From: a virus
Strand: one strand, 5' to 3'
Virus record (IMG/VR): IMGVR_UViG_3300028844_006574
Span: 27,376 to 91,375 of that record
Length of the DNA: 64,000 nt
The notes under the pieces are model-generated. The model was not told the origin of the DNA. It did not search any database and worked only from the letters and a program-made list of their open reading frames with translations. Of this stretch, positions 30,293 through 39,541 are shown in pieces. The translations under genes were made by a program, and so were the position numbers. The first letter of the stretch is position 1, and each line of letters begins with the position of its first letter.

Positions 30293-32635
30293 ATGGCTCA
30301 GCAAAGATACATATACCCACCTTCAACAATAGAAGGTGTTGAAGCAATATATGCCAACCCGGAAATTGGTGATGGGTTCACAACAACATCTCAGCTGATT
30401 GCTAATTATGACATATTGCTCGACCGTACAGTGATAGACAAGCTAGATTTACCTAAGAAGTGGGATGTTTTACATTTGAACCCCAACGAACTAGCAACAA
30501 GTGCCAGTATATTCAACATAATTAACGGTTTTAACGAAAATTTCGCTTATTTAAACTCAAGAGCTATACTAATATCCAACATATTACCAGGAAACTACAT
30601 GGGATTTTACACCCATAATGGTGATTCCCCTGGTGCCCCAGTGTTCAAATCATCAGACACACCTGTACCTTTGACCGGGTACAATCTTGGTGGTACCATA
30701 CAAATATCCACTAATGCTCCTTCAATTTCTGGAACAATGAAAGGAGAACATTTGAATAGTTTGATCACCGGTACTTGGGTGAGAGATAACACATCTGTGG
30801 CTACAGAATATGCCGACTCAGGCCGCGAAAATTTTCACCTAGGCTTCCTAGGAAGCCAGCAAGCAATAACTGTAGTGAAAATGTCAAACACCCCTATTAA
30901 TCAGTCTGCTCCTAAGTTCACCCCGGATGGAGAAATCTCTGGTTCTCAAGGCTGGGTCGTATTAGACAACTACAAATCTGCAGAACCATTCCCATCAGCA
31001 AACAACACCTTAATATTTAACAATATACAAAAAATTAAATCTAGTGATAGTAAGAAATTGTATGTTTTTGATAGAGGGTTACCGCGACTAGGTGTCTCTA
31101 ATGTGTCTAGTAGTAGTCAACGATCTGTGATATATCGATACGATGTATCCGGTTACTTAGCCTCTGATTCTCAAAACAGTATTAAGAATAACAAGTTAGT
31201 GCTTGAAAACATGCTCGGGGATGTTAACAACGCGACAAACACATCGGATATAATCAACCCTGTCGCATTCACTACAACTCCAGATGATCAATTGATTGTG
31301 TATGATGAACACGACTACACATTTAAAATATACGATAAAAACAACAACTTTTTATTTAAAAGAGCAAAACGGAACATCGTCTTCCGCGGAGCAACTGGAA
31401 CCACCAAGAAATACACGGGTGTTTCTGACATACATTATGATAAATTTACTGATCAGATATATGTATTAACCCCCGGAGGTTTTTTGACGATATTAGACAA
31501 TGACTATAAAACCGTTGCTACTCTCATGATAAGCAAGGACACATCAAATCAGGGAACATCATTGACTCAATCAGATATGGATTTGAGATACTACAAGGTT
31601 GGGCAACCTGGTGACACCACGAAAGAAACATTCATATCTATAGAGTTTAGTCTCAATGAACCAAACATATATTACATACTGACTAACCGTCGGGTGATCA
31701 AACGTTTCAAATCTAGAGATTTTGACATTGGAGTGTTCAGCTTGTTAGACCATAACATTGGTGTTTCTGCATCCGATCTCGAAGAACATAATATTGCATG
31801 TCGTGCCGCATTGAAATTTATGAGTGTTTCACAAGAAGTGGAAGTTGTCACACGTCAATTTCAAAACGACGAAGGAGAGTTAGTATATATTATTGACAAG
31901 GACCGGTCCTATACGTATGATCAAATATATTTATATACTGATTTTGTTGATGTAGCCAACGATGGTACTACAATAGCCACGGACGAAGACTTAGGGGAAA
32001 AATATATATTATCTTTCAAGGAAAAGGTAAACACTCGATCGAATCTAAGTGATCAAAACTACTCTATATATGAATTGAGTAACACAACATCATTATCATT
32101 TAAAGAGTATAATAGCGATTTTGTATACAACAAATTGATGGTGAAGCTTGTCAGTAACCATTTACAATTCATAGAAAAAATAAACTATAGATTAGCCGCG
32201 GACTACACCCCGCGTGGTCAATTGTTTTTCGCTGGGAGAAACTACCTAGATCAACAAGATTACAACAGTCTGATAATCACAGACACAGCGCAACGAAACA
32301 TGTATGTAGGTATAAATGAATACTTTTCTTCCGCAGTGCTGAACAGGTGTTTTCAACAACTTTACACCATACAAAAAGACATCATGAAAATGTTAGAGAC
32401 TAAACACTTGACAACATGGCCTCTTCCCAGTCTAGATGTACCTATTGAACCATATTTTCATACATATGGGACTGAATATAATGACATAGACGGAAAACCG
32501 TACACAGGGTTTTATTATGTCCGGGAACAGCCAACCGGTGACATATATGTACAAGGCCGTAATGAAGCAGATGGTACAACATTATTAGATGGAAGCCCTA
32601 CAACAGACAGGTACTTGAATACAATTGTAACTTGA
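30293..32635 (+). CDS. Large virion structural protein with propeller-like repeats
   Basis: 780 aa directly upstream of portal, with a TATAAATA promoter. NPVAFTTTPDDQLIVYD and VSDIHYDKFTDQIYVL are propeller-like. Confidence 0.55.
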   Translation: MAQQRYIYPPSTIEGVEAIYANPEIGDGFTTTSQLIANYDILLDRTVIDKLDLPKKWDVLHLNPNELATSASIFNIINGFNENFAYLNSRAILISNILPGNYMGFYTHNGDSPGAPVFKSSDTPVPLTGYNLGGTIQISTNAPSISGTMKGEHLNSLITGTWVRDNTSVATEYADSGRENFHLGFLGSQQAITVVKMSNTPINQSAPKFTPDGEISGSQGWVVLDNYKSAEPFPSANNTLIFNNIQKIKSSDSKKLYVFDRGLPRLGVSNVSSSSQRSVIYRYDVSGYLASDSQNSIKNNKLVLENMLGDVNNATNTSDIINPVAFTTTPDDQLIVYDEHDYTFKIYDKNNNFLFKRAKRNIVFRGATGTTKKYTGVSDIHYDKFTDQIYVLTPGGFLTILDNDYKTVATLMISKDTSNQGTSLTQSDMDLRYYKVGQPGDTTKETFISIEFSLNEPNIYYILTNRRVIKRFKSRDFDIGVFSLLDHNIGVSASDLEEHNIACRAALKFMSVSQEVEVVTRQFQNDEGELVYIIDKDRSYTYDQIYLYTDFVDVANDGTTIATDEDLGEKYILSFKEKVNTRSNLSDQNYSIYELSNTTSLSFKEYNSDFVYNKLMVKLVSNHLQFIEKINYRLAADYTPRGQLFFAGRNYLDQQDYNSLIITDTAQRNMYVGINEYFSSAVLNRCFQQLYTIQKDIMKMLETKHLTTWPLPSLDVPIEPYFHTYGTEYNDIDGKPYTGFYYVREQPTGDIYVQGRNEADGTTLLDGSPTTDRYLNTIVT

Positions 32636-32666
32636 TAACAACAACCTTTTAACATAAATATACACA

Positions 32667-34445
32667 ATGGCAACAGGTAACGACAGCACTTTCGGACGAC
32701 AACTGATGTCGTATGTTCAATCCAAACTACCATATACTTCAAATAATAATACTATTGAAAATGTGGATGAACTCAACCCTAAATACAAACACTTTTTCAA
32801 GACAGGTACCAGAAGAACTGAACTTATCCAAAAACATGCTATTAGTACTGTCAAAGCTGGAGAGGATGTACCCATGGGTGGTTTCAACATCGACAAAAAA
32901 TACCTGGATTACATGTATGCCAATATTGATGTCGATAAGGGTAAAAGAATACGAGACTACAGGACCATGGGGGCTTATGCCGAAGTCGCTGACGCTCTAG
33001 ACGAGATATGTGATGAATGTGTAGTAGAAGATGACAACGGTCAGATAATCAAAATCGAATATGATGATGCTAGGGATCTAAGCTCCAATGAAAAAGACTC
33101 TATCAATCACGAATTTGACAAGTTTATAGAGCAGTTCGAATTGGAAGAAAAAGGCTGGGAGCATTTCAGAAACATATTAGTGGATGGTGAGATATTTTTT
33201 GAACATGTTATACATGAGGATTATAAAGATGCTGGTATATTAGGTATAATGAATGTTCCGACTGAGCTAATGGACCCGGTGTATGATAACATCCAAAATA
33301 CAATAGTCAAAGGATTCATTCTTAAAAAGCCAGTGTTGAACCCTCAAACCGGTGGTTTAGACAAGTACGAGTTCATACCCTTGGATAAAAACCAAATGAC
33401 TTATATCAACAGCGGTATCTGGAACCAAGACAAATCATTAAGACTACCATTTGTAGAAAATTGTCGTAGAGCTTACAGGCAATTGTTGTTGATGGAAGAC
33501 GCTATCATTATATATAGATTAGTAAGAGCCCCTGAACGGTTAGTATTCAATGTAGATGTTGGAAACATGCCCCCACCCAAGGCTGAAGCTTATTTACGTA
33601 AACTGATTCAAAACTATTGGTCTAGGAAAACACATGATGCGTCAAGCTCAGGTGATGGTAACACACAAACCTTCAACCCACAGTCGATGCTTGATAGTTT
33701 TTGGTTTGCTAAACGACAAGGTAGTGAAGGTACGCAGGTTAGTAACTTAGAAGGCGGTGCCAATCTAGGGGAACTAGATGACTTGCTATACTTCATGAAA
33801 AAATTGTACAAGTCACTCAAAGTGCCGGTGAATCGCTTGAACCCAGAATCCACTGTAGAAGACCCGAGTCAAGTGCTGCGAGAAGAACTCAAATTTGCTA
33901 GATTTGTCATCCGATTACAACAAAATTTTGCCTCTGGGTTGAAAGACGGTTTCATAACCCATTTGAGAATGAGAGGTACCTGGAGCGATTTGGATTTGAA
34001 AGAGAAAGACTTCAGGTTCGTGTTCAACCCGCCTAGAAACTATCACGAACTACGTCAACAGCAGATATTTGAATTACAGTACAACAACTTCAGTCAAATG
34101 ACTCAAAACGAAGGTGTTAGTAACATATTTGCACAGAAAAAATACCTCAAATGGAGCGACAGTGAAGTGAAAGCCAATAGAGAATTTTTACGGAAAGATA
34201 AGGAAATTGCATGGGAGTTAGCTCAGATTGAAAGCGGAGGCCCTAACTGGAGAGAACAATTAGAAGCACAAGCAGCAGACCCTGCAGCTGGTGGTGACGC
34301 CCCGGGAGCAGCTCCAATGGACACCGGTGGAGGTTTAGGTGCACCCCCACCAGCATTCGGTGGCCCGGCGGAAACTGGTATGGAACCAGCAGCAGATGCA
34401 CCAGTAGACATCGCTCCACCTGAGGACACCCCGCCTGCGGCATAA
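32667..34445 (+). CDS. gp20: Portal vertex protein gp20
   Basis: YRTMGAYAEVADALDEI, QLLLMEDAIIIYRLVRAPERLVFNVDVGNMPPPKAE, LREELKFARF. Confidence 0.97.
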   Translation: MATGNDSTFGRQLMSYVQSKLPYTSNNNTIENVDELNPKYKHFFKTGTRRTELIQKHAISTVKAGEDVPMGGFNIDKKYLDYMYANIDVDKGKRIRDYRTMGAYAEVADALDEICDECVVEDDNGQIIKIEYDDARDLSSNEKDSINHEFDKFIEQFELEEKGWEHFRNILVDGEIFFEHVIHEDYKDAGILGIMNVPTELMDPVYDNIQNTIVKGFILKKPVLNPQTGGLDKYEFIPLDKNQMTYINSGIWNQDKSLRLPFVENCRRAYRQLLLMEDAIIIYRLVRAPERLVFNVDVGNMPPPKAEAYLRKLIQNYWSRKTHDASSSGDGNTQTFNPQSMLDSFWFAKRQGSEGTQVSNLEGGANLGELDDLLYFMKKLYKSLKVPVNRLNPESTVEDPSQVLREELKFARFVIRLQQNFASGLKDGFITHLRMRGTWSDLDLKEKDFRFVFNPPRNYHELRQQQIFELQYNNFSQMTQNEGVSNIFAQKKYLKWSDSEVKANREFLRKDKEIAWELAQIESGGPNWREQLEAQAADPAAGGDAPGAAPMDTGGGLGAPPPAFGGPAETGMEPAADAPVDIAPPEDTPPAA

Positions 34446-34453
34446 ATAACTAT

Positions 34454-36439
34454 ATGGCAGGAACTCTAGACTCATCATCATTCAACACATCATCTACATC
34501 ATCAAACTATCAAACCGGTGCCGGTAGCGCGGCTTTAACAGGTGAAGATGTAAAACCACTTAGTTCATTTTATAGCACCGCTCTAAGCCCCAGGTGTGAT
34601 AGTTACGAGACATTAGCCACTCGTATAGCATATGCTATGGGTTATCCCATGACCAATGTCGAAGTGCACCCTAACGCAATTTTTGACAATATTAGTATAG
34701 CTTGTGAATTCTTCGCAAAATATGCCGGGTATACAGAAGAGTATTTGGTGTTCAATAGTGATTTGTATGAACCTGGCAAAGGAGTCCGGATGGATAAACT
34801 GTTCACAATAACACCGGACATGAGACAGTGTTATGATACAACCAAGCGTAAATTGGCTACGACTTGCCCTCCGGAAGACCCAGTTACAGAAACAGAAACA
34901 GTAACAGGTTATAAAGTCACGTGTACTGCGGTGGTCACCTCGACTGATGGACCCGCGCTGTCTAGTACAGAGATAATATGTACAGAAAATCCGGTAAACA
35001 CAACACCTACAAACACAGACCCTTACGCTGGAAATTTGGCAAGTATAATAGCTGCATCTTTTACCAATACAAACACTGGGTCTACTACATCAGACAACCA
35101 AATACAGGATACATCCACTACACAAGAATATGATTATGTCGGTGACTGGTCCGCTATATTGACAGCAGATATGATGAGACAGTCGTTGAGACAACGTATA
35201 GCTGACCTGATCGCGCAACAAGAACCGGTATGCGAAACATTGACCACGGTTGTAACAGGTATGGACAACAGAATCGTTACAGGTACAACAACACTCACAT
35301 CTTCTCAACCAGTTTATACAGGTGGTAGTTTAGCACCAATATTAACAGAATCTACAAAATACAGCTTTACATCATCAACAACCGGTACAACAGGTGTATC
35401 TGCAACCAGTACATACACCGGTCCGTTCACGGCAGAAGACGGTAATGTATATTCATTAGACCCTTATGATGTATACCCACCAGGACCAACACAGTTTCAG
35501 ACAATAACATCTACTACCATAACTTCAGATGTATTGCAAGTACCATATGAATCGATCGAGTCGACAACAACATGCACACCTGTAACATCGTTGACAGATG
35601 AACAATTACAAGCACTAACAGGAACTACAACTACTCCCCCTCCCCCGGTTGTAGACCTACCCACGATTGATTCAGACACAACCACCACGACAAAAACAAC
35701 CACTGGTACTGTTACACTCGAAGGAGAGGATGGTACTGAAGTGACATGTATAACGTCGGTTAAAATTGAACCAACAACAGAAACAGGTACTCAAACAGTA
35801 TGTGTAACGAGTAACACAACAGAACAGGTACCAACCACCGCAGCAGAAGAAGAGGTATCTGAATGTTTGTACAACAAAATGTACGATTATGATGTAAATG
35901 ATTATAGAAAAGTGATCGACATCTGGAGCTTCAATCAAGGTACACACACAGGTGTCAATACCTTATTCACTTTAGAGCAATCATTAGCACAACAAACATA
36001 TTTCAGTTACTCCATGGGAAATTATGGTTTTGACTTGGTTAGTTGGTACGCTGTAAAAGAGTGGTTAGAACTACGCGAAAAATTGCTAGTTACTAAACCA
36101 TCTATACATTGGGATTTCCGAACACAGTACATGCGGTTGATACCTGAACCTCGTAACAAATATTACGGAGTGATAGCGTGTTATGTAGAGTTACCTGTCA
36201 AAGACCTGGTCAAAGAGTTATGGGTGTACAAATACGCATTAGCTTTGACGAAATTACAAGTGGGTCGTACCAGAAGCAAATTTTCTAACGTACCACTCAT
36301 TGGTGGTGGTACCGTCAATAGTAATGGTGACGCTTTGCTGAGCGAAGGTAAAGAAGAAAAGGACGAACTAGAAAAACAAATGTACGAAGGAGCCCCCGGT
36401 CTTGGAGACGCTGCACCCCCAATGTTCTTTGTTGGATAA
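34454..36439 (+). CDS. gp13: Neck protein gp13 with a ~340 aa Thr-rich insertion
   Basis: N-terminal IAYAMGYPMTNVEV and C-terminal WVYKYALALTKLQVGRTRSKFSNVPLIGGGTVN...EGKEEKDELE...PPMFFVG are gp13 hallmarks. Confidence 0.85.
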   Translation: MAGTLDSSSFNTSSTSSNYQTGAGSAALTGEDVKPLSSFYSTALSPRCDSYETLATRIAYAMGYPMTNVEVHPNAIFDNISIACEFFAKYAGYTEEYLVFNSDLYEPGKGVRMDKLFTITPDMRQCYDTTKRKLATTCPPEDPVTETETVTGYKVTCTAVVTSTDGPALSSTEIICTENPVNTTPTNTDPYAGNLASIIAASFTNTNTGSTTSDNQIQDTSTTQEYDYVGDWSAILTADMMRQSLRQRIADLIAQQEPVCETLTTVVTGMDNRIVTGTTTLTSSQPVYTGGSLAPILTESTKYSFTSSTTGTTGVSATSTYTGPFTAEDGNVYSLDPYDVYPPGPTQFQTITSTTITSDVLQVPYESIESTTTCTPVTSLTDEQLQALTGTTTTPPPPVVDLPTIDSDTTTTTKTTTGTVTLEGEDGTEVTCITSVKIEPTTETGTQTVCVTSNTTEQVPTTAAEEEVSECLYNKMYDYDVNDYRKVIDIWSFNQGTHTGVNTLFTLEQSLAQQTYFSYSMGNYGFDLVSWYAVKEWLELREKLLVTKPSIHWDFRTQYMRLIPEPRNKYYGVIACYVELPVKDLVKELWVYKYALALTKLQVGRTRSKFSNVPLIGGGTVNSNGDALLSEGKEEKDELEKQMYEGAPGLGDAAPPMFFVG

Positions 36440-36897
36440 TGTTTCATAGAGACGAGAGGTTCAAACAAGGTATATACAAGCCTTTGAACAACAAGTATAA
36501 AGGTAAACGTTACCCTAAATACCGTAGCAGTTGGGAGTTGAAGTTCTTTCGGTGGTGTGATTCGAACCCTCATGTTGTCGAATGGAACAGTGAGAATGTT
36601 GTGATACCATATGCTATAGGTAAAAACGGTAAACTCAGAAGATATATAGTGGATAATACATTGACCATGAAACAGAACGGTCAGTTACGTAAATACTTAG
36701 TAGAAATAAAACCGTATGCTCAAACACAACCACCAAAACCACATGGTAATAAAAAGAAGAGTACAATAATATACGAACAATACACATACGCTAAAAATGT
36801 TAGCAAATGGACTGCAGCTAAAACTTGGTGTAAAAAACACGGTTATGACTTCTTGATAGTTACTGAACGTGAATTGTTTAACAAACGAGCTAAATAA
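36439..36897 (+). CDS. gp4: Head completion protein gp4 (TnsA-like nuclease fold)
   Basis: QGIYKPLN..KYKG, YRSSWELKFFRWCD, WNSE..VIPY, RRYIVD, LVEIKP..QT..P, N..KW.AA. Confidence 0.93.
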   Translation: MFHRDERFKQGIYKPLNNKYKGKRYPKYRSSWELKFFRWCDSNPHVVEWNSENVVIPYAIGKNGKLRRYIVDNTLTMKQNGQLRKYLVEIKPYAQTQPPKPHGNKKKSTIIYEQYTYAKNVSKWTAAKTWCKKHGYDFLIVTERELFNKRAK

Positions 36898-36901
36898 CAA
36901 T

Positions 36902-37231
36902 ATGAAGTATATATTATTAACAGTTATAGTTTTAACATTCGCTTCGTGTTCTGTAACAAAATTAGTTAAGAAAATAAAAACTCCAGAGATTGACAACTCA
37001 CAAGTTCAAGTGATAGTACCATTAACACCAGAAAAACCGCAAATACATCAACTAACACCACTGGTACAAAACAAACCACCGTTCAAACCATTACAATACG
37101 GTCAAACAAACACAGTATCTGTTATGCTAGGCGCAGTTGTGCTAGTACTATGTTTTTTCCCATTAGTTTTGATGTATATAGGTTTGTTAATAGAGTATAT
37201 TAGAAGTATCATATCAAAATTATTCAACTAG
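36902..37231 (+). CDS. Lipoprotein with C-terminal transmembrane helix; candidate unimolecular spanin
   Basis: The ATG at 36902 lies 5 nt after TAAATA. MKYILLTVIVLTFAS-C forms a lipobox, followed by a Pro-rich linker and VSVMLGAVVLVLCFFPLVLMYIGLLI. Confidence 0.5.
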   Translation: MKYILLTVIVLTFASCSVTKLVKKIKTPEIDNSQVQVIVPLTPEKPQIHQLTPLVQNKPPFKPLQYGQTNTVSVMLGAVVLVLCFFPLVLMYIGLLIEYIRSIISKLFN

Positions 37232-37244
37232 ACTAAATAATTAC

Positions 37245-37679
37245 ATGTTCGGTAGTGTTTTAAACACGATTTTGGGAGCTGGTATCAAACTCGGCGCTAA
37301 TCTGATAAATGCATGGATAGAACAGCGCATGGTTGATCGACAGTTGATGGCCGCCAGAGACGACAAGATCATGCAAATGATCGCGGATAGTCAAAAAGAA
37401 ACCAGGAGCGATCCATTTGTGAAGACCACCAGGCGCATGTTGTTCATGGCATTGACCGCTACATATTGTTATTTGATGATATTTTATGCATTGAACCCAG
37501 ACATATCATACACTGTTATAAAACCAGCAGAATCAAGTGGAGGTATCTTGAGCTGGTTTTTAGGAGAAACAAAATGGGTCACATTTGAACTTACCGGTGG
37601 GCTTATGCTAGCTAGTTTTGTAGATTTAATGTTCATGGTGATAGGTTTCTACGCAATTCCCAGTAGTAAAAGACAGTAG
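37245..37679 (+). CDS. Holin-like membrane protein (3TM-holin-like)
   Basis: Amphipathic N-terminus, SDPFVKTTRR followed by a TM helix, a second TM helix ending VIGFY, and a basic tail. Confidence 0.55.
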   Translation: MFGSVLNTILGAGIKLGANLINAWIEQRMVDRQLMAARDDKIMQMIADSQKETRSDPFVKTTRRMLFMALTATYCYLMIFYALNPDISYTVIKPAESSGGILSWFLGETKWVTFELTGGLMLASFVDLMFMVIGFYAIPSSKRQ

Positions 37680-37711
37680 TTTTCTTAACCCGTGGCATAA
37701 ATACTATTACC

Positions 37712-38383
37712 ATGGCATTTAAACTATTAGTAGAAAAACCGGATCTTCATGAATTTGAATACATCTTAGAGGAGAAGAACGACAAATCTGAACCTAAATT
37801 GTTTGTGAGTGGTCCTTACATGCAGTTTGGTGAAAAGAACCGAAACGGTAGAATATACGAAGGTGATGAGATGTGTAAAGAAGTGGCTCGTTACACAGAA
37901 GAGATGATCAACCAAAAAAGAGCACTTGGTGAACTCAATCACCCCACAAGTGCAGAGGTGAATCCAGAAAAGGCTTGTCACATGGTAACAGAGCTAAAAC
38001 AAAATGGTAACGTGTTTTATGGTAAATCACAAGTGTTGAGCACGCCTGTAGGTAACATCATGAAAAGTCTGATCATGGACGGTGTGAAACTTGGCATGAG
38101 CAGCAGAGCATTAGGTCAATTGGAAGAGAAAGACGATGCCAACTATGTCAAAGAGATGAGATTAGTGGCTGTTGATTGTGTGGCTGACCCTAGTTTCCCA
38201 AAAGCGTTTGTTAACGGTATATTGGAAAGCAAACAATATGTACTATCACAAGACGGAAGTTTCAGTGAAACATACGACAATTTCGAATCCGGTATAAAAA
38301 ATTTACCTAGAAAAGACCTAGATGTTTACTTAAAAGAACAAATATGTTCATTTCTAAACAAAATTAACCGTGTGTTAGACTAA
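37712..38383 (+). CDS. gp21: Prohead protease gp21
   Basis: KNRNGRIY, RALGELNHP, LGMSSRALG, DCVADPS..AFVNGILE. Confidence 0.96.
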   Translation: MAFKLLVEKPDLHEFEYILEEKNDKSEPKLFVSGPYMQFGEKNRNGRIYEGDEMCKEVARYTEEMINQKRALGELNHPTSAEVNPEKACHMVTELKQNGNVFYGKSQVLSTPVGNIMKSLIMDGVKLGMSSRALGQLEEKDDANYVKEMRLVAVDCVADPSFPKAFVNGILESKQYVLSQDGSFSETYDNFESGIKNLPRKDLDVYLKEQICSFLNKINRVLD

Positions 38384-38401
38384 ATAATTAGTAGTGCTAA
38401 A

Positions 38402-38557
38402 ATGAAAAATACAAATTCTGAAAGAAAACCTATATTAAACTTCATTAAACAACTGAATGAACGTGATTTTTCCAAGGCTAACAACAGTCTGAAAAAGGTT
38501 TTACATAGCAAAATCAAACAACGTATTGCTTTAGTCGCTAAAAAACCACTTTTTTAA
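38402..38557 (+). CDS. Small prohead core protein (gp67-like; absent from ORF track)
   Basis: MKNTNSERKPILNFIKQLNERDFSKANNSLKKVLHSKIKQRIALVAKKPLF*, located between gp21 and gp22 with TAAATA upstream. Confidence 0.6.
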   Translation: MKNTNSERKPILNFIKQLNERDFSKANNSLKKVLHSKIKQRIALVAKKPLF

Positions 38558-38559
38558 TC

Positions 38560-39486
38560 ATGAGTTCTGAAAATAAAAAATTCCAAGAAATGTTGAAAGA
38601 GGTCACCAAGGATATTCTCAGCGAAGAGAGCCTGGGACATATACAAGAAGCTTTTGACGCAGCCGTACAAGAGCGTGTAGACCTCCACGTCGAAAAAGCC
38701 CTAGTAGAGCAAGATGATACATATGCATCCAAACTCGAACGTTTGTTAGAAGCGATTGATGGTGATCATTGTGTCAAATTAGAGAAATTAGTTGAAGCTA
38801 TAGACACCAACCATGCTCAAAAACTTACACACATTGTCAAGAAGTATCAGACAGCGTTGAACGAAGAAGCTGGTACTCTCAAGGAAAGTCTAGTAGACAA
38901 CATCAGCAACTATTTAGAATTGTATGTAGAGAAAGCTTTGCCTCTCGAACATATAACTGAAGCGGTCAACAACAAACGCGCCACTCAAGTTTTAGAAGAA
39001 CTACGTGAAGTTCTCGCAGTTGATGAAATGCTTGCCAAGAAAAAGGTCGCCGGTGCAATAAAAGACGGTAAGCGTCGTATTGACGAAAGCACCGCACTTG
39101 TACAAAAAACCGCATCTGAAGCTAAATCGTTAAAAGAGAACCTCGACCGCGCGCAAGCAGAACTCATTTTAGAGCGCAAGAGCCATGGTCTCCCGGAACG
39201 TAAGAAAGAATACGTCAAACGAGTGCTCAATGGAAAAAGCGCTGAGTTCATCGCAGAAAATTTTGATTATACAGTAAAATTGTTTGAAAAAGAAGACGAC
39301 CAAGCACGTTTGAAATTACGTGACCAGGCCCGGGAACAACGAGTTACTCAACAAAAGAATGTTGATATCGTTGTAGAGAAAAGAGAACAGCCTAAACAAG
39401 TTGTAACCGAGAGTGCTAGCAACCTGGATGAGACAAGTTCTGATCCAATGTTCAACACTTACATGGGGGAACTTGGTAAATATTAA
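38560..39486 (+). CDS. gp22: Prohead core scaffold protein gp22
   Basis: Acidic coiled coil with IQEAFDAAV, LVDNISNYLELYVE and a DPMFNTYM C-terminus; directly upstream of the capsid gene. Confidence 0.88.
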   Translation: MSSENKKFQEMLKEVTKDILSEESLGHIQEAFDAAVQERVDLHVEKALVEQDDTYASKLERLLEAIDGDHCVKLEKLVEAIDTNHAQKLTHIVKKYQTALNEEAGTLKESLVDNISNYLELYVEKALPLEHITEAVNNKRATQVLEELREVLAVDEMLAKKKVAGAIKDGKRRIDESTALVQKTASEAKSLKENLDRAQAELILERKSHGLPERKKEYVKRVLNGKSAEFIAENFDYTVKLFEKEDDQARLKLRDQAREQRVTQQKNVDIVVEKREQPKQVVTESASNLDETSSDPMFNTYMGELGKY

Positions 39487-39498
39487 TTTTTATGTATG

Positions 39499-39531
39499 AG
39501 GTAGCGATACCTGAGTAACAAGGTCAAGGAG
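39499..39531 (+). promoter_or_regulatory. gp23 leader: small GNRA hairpin and Shine-Dalgarno
   Basis: AGGTA-GCGA-TACCT (39499-39512), then AAGGAG about 10 nt before the gp23 ATG; one of the few clear SD sequences in the window. Confidence 0.5.
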
Positions 39532-39541
39532 AAAACACAAT

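Noticed and set aside
34840-35870. Intein or intron in gp13
   Set aside because: No C-terminal His-Asn splice motif or LAGLIDADG/HNH motif; the frame is open and the sequence is simply Thr-rich.
36439-36897. TnsA transposase or mobile endonuclease
   Set aside because: Motifs and position match the T4 head-completion protein gp4, which shares that fold.
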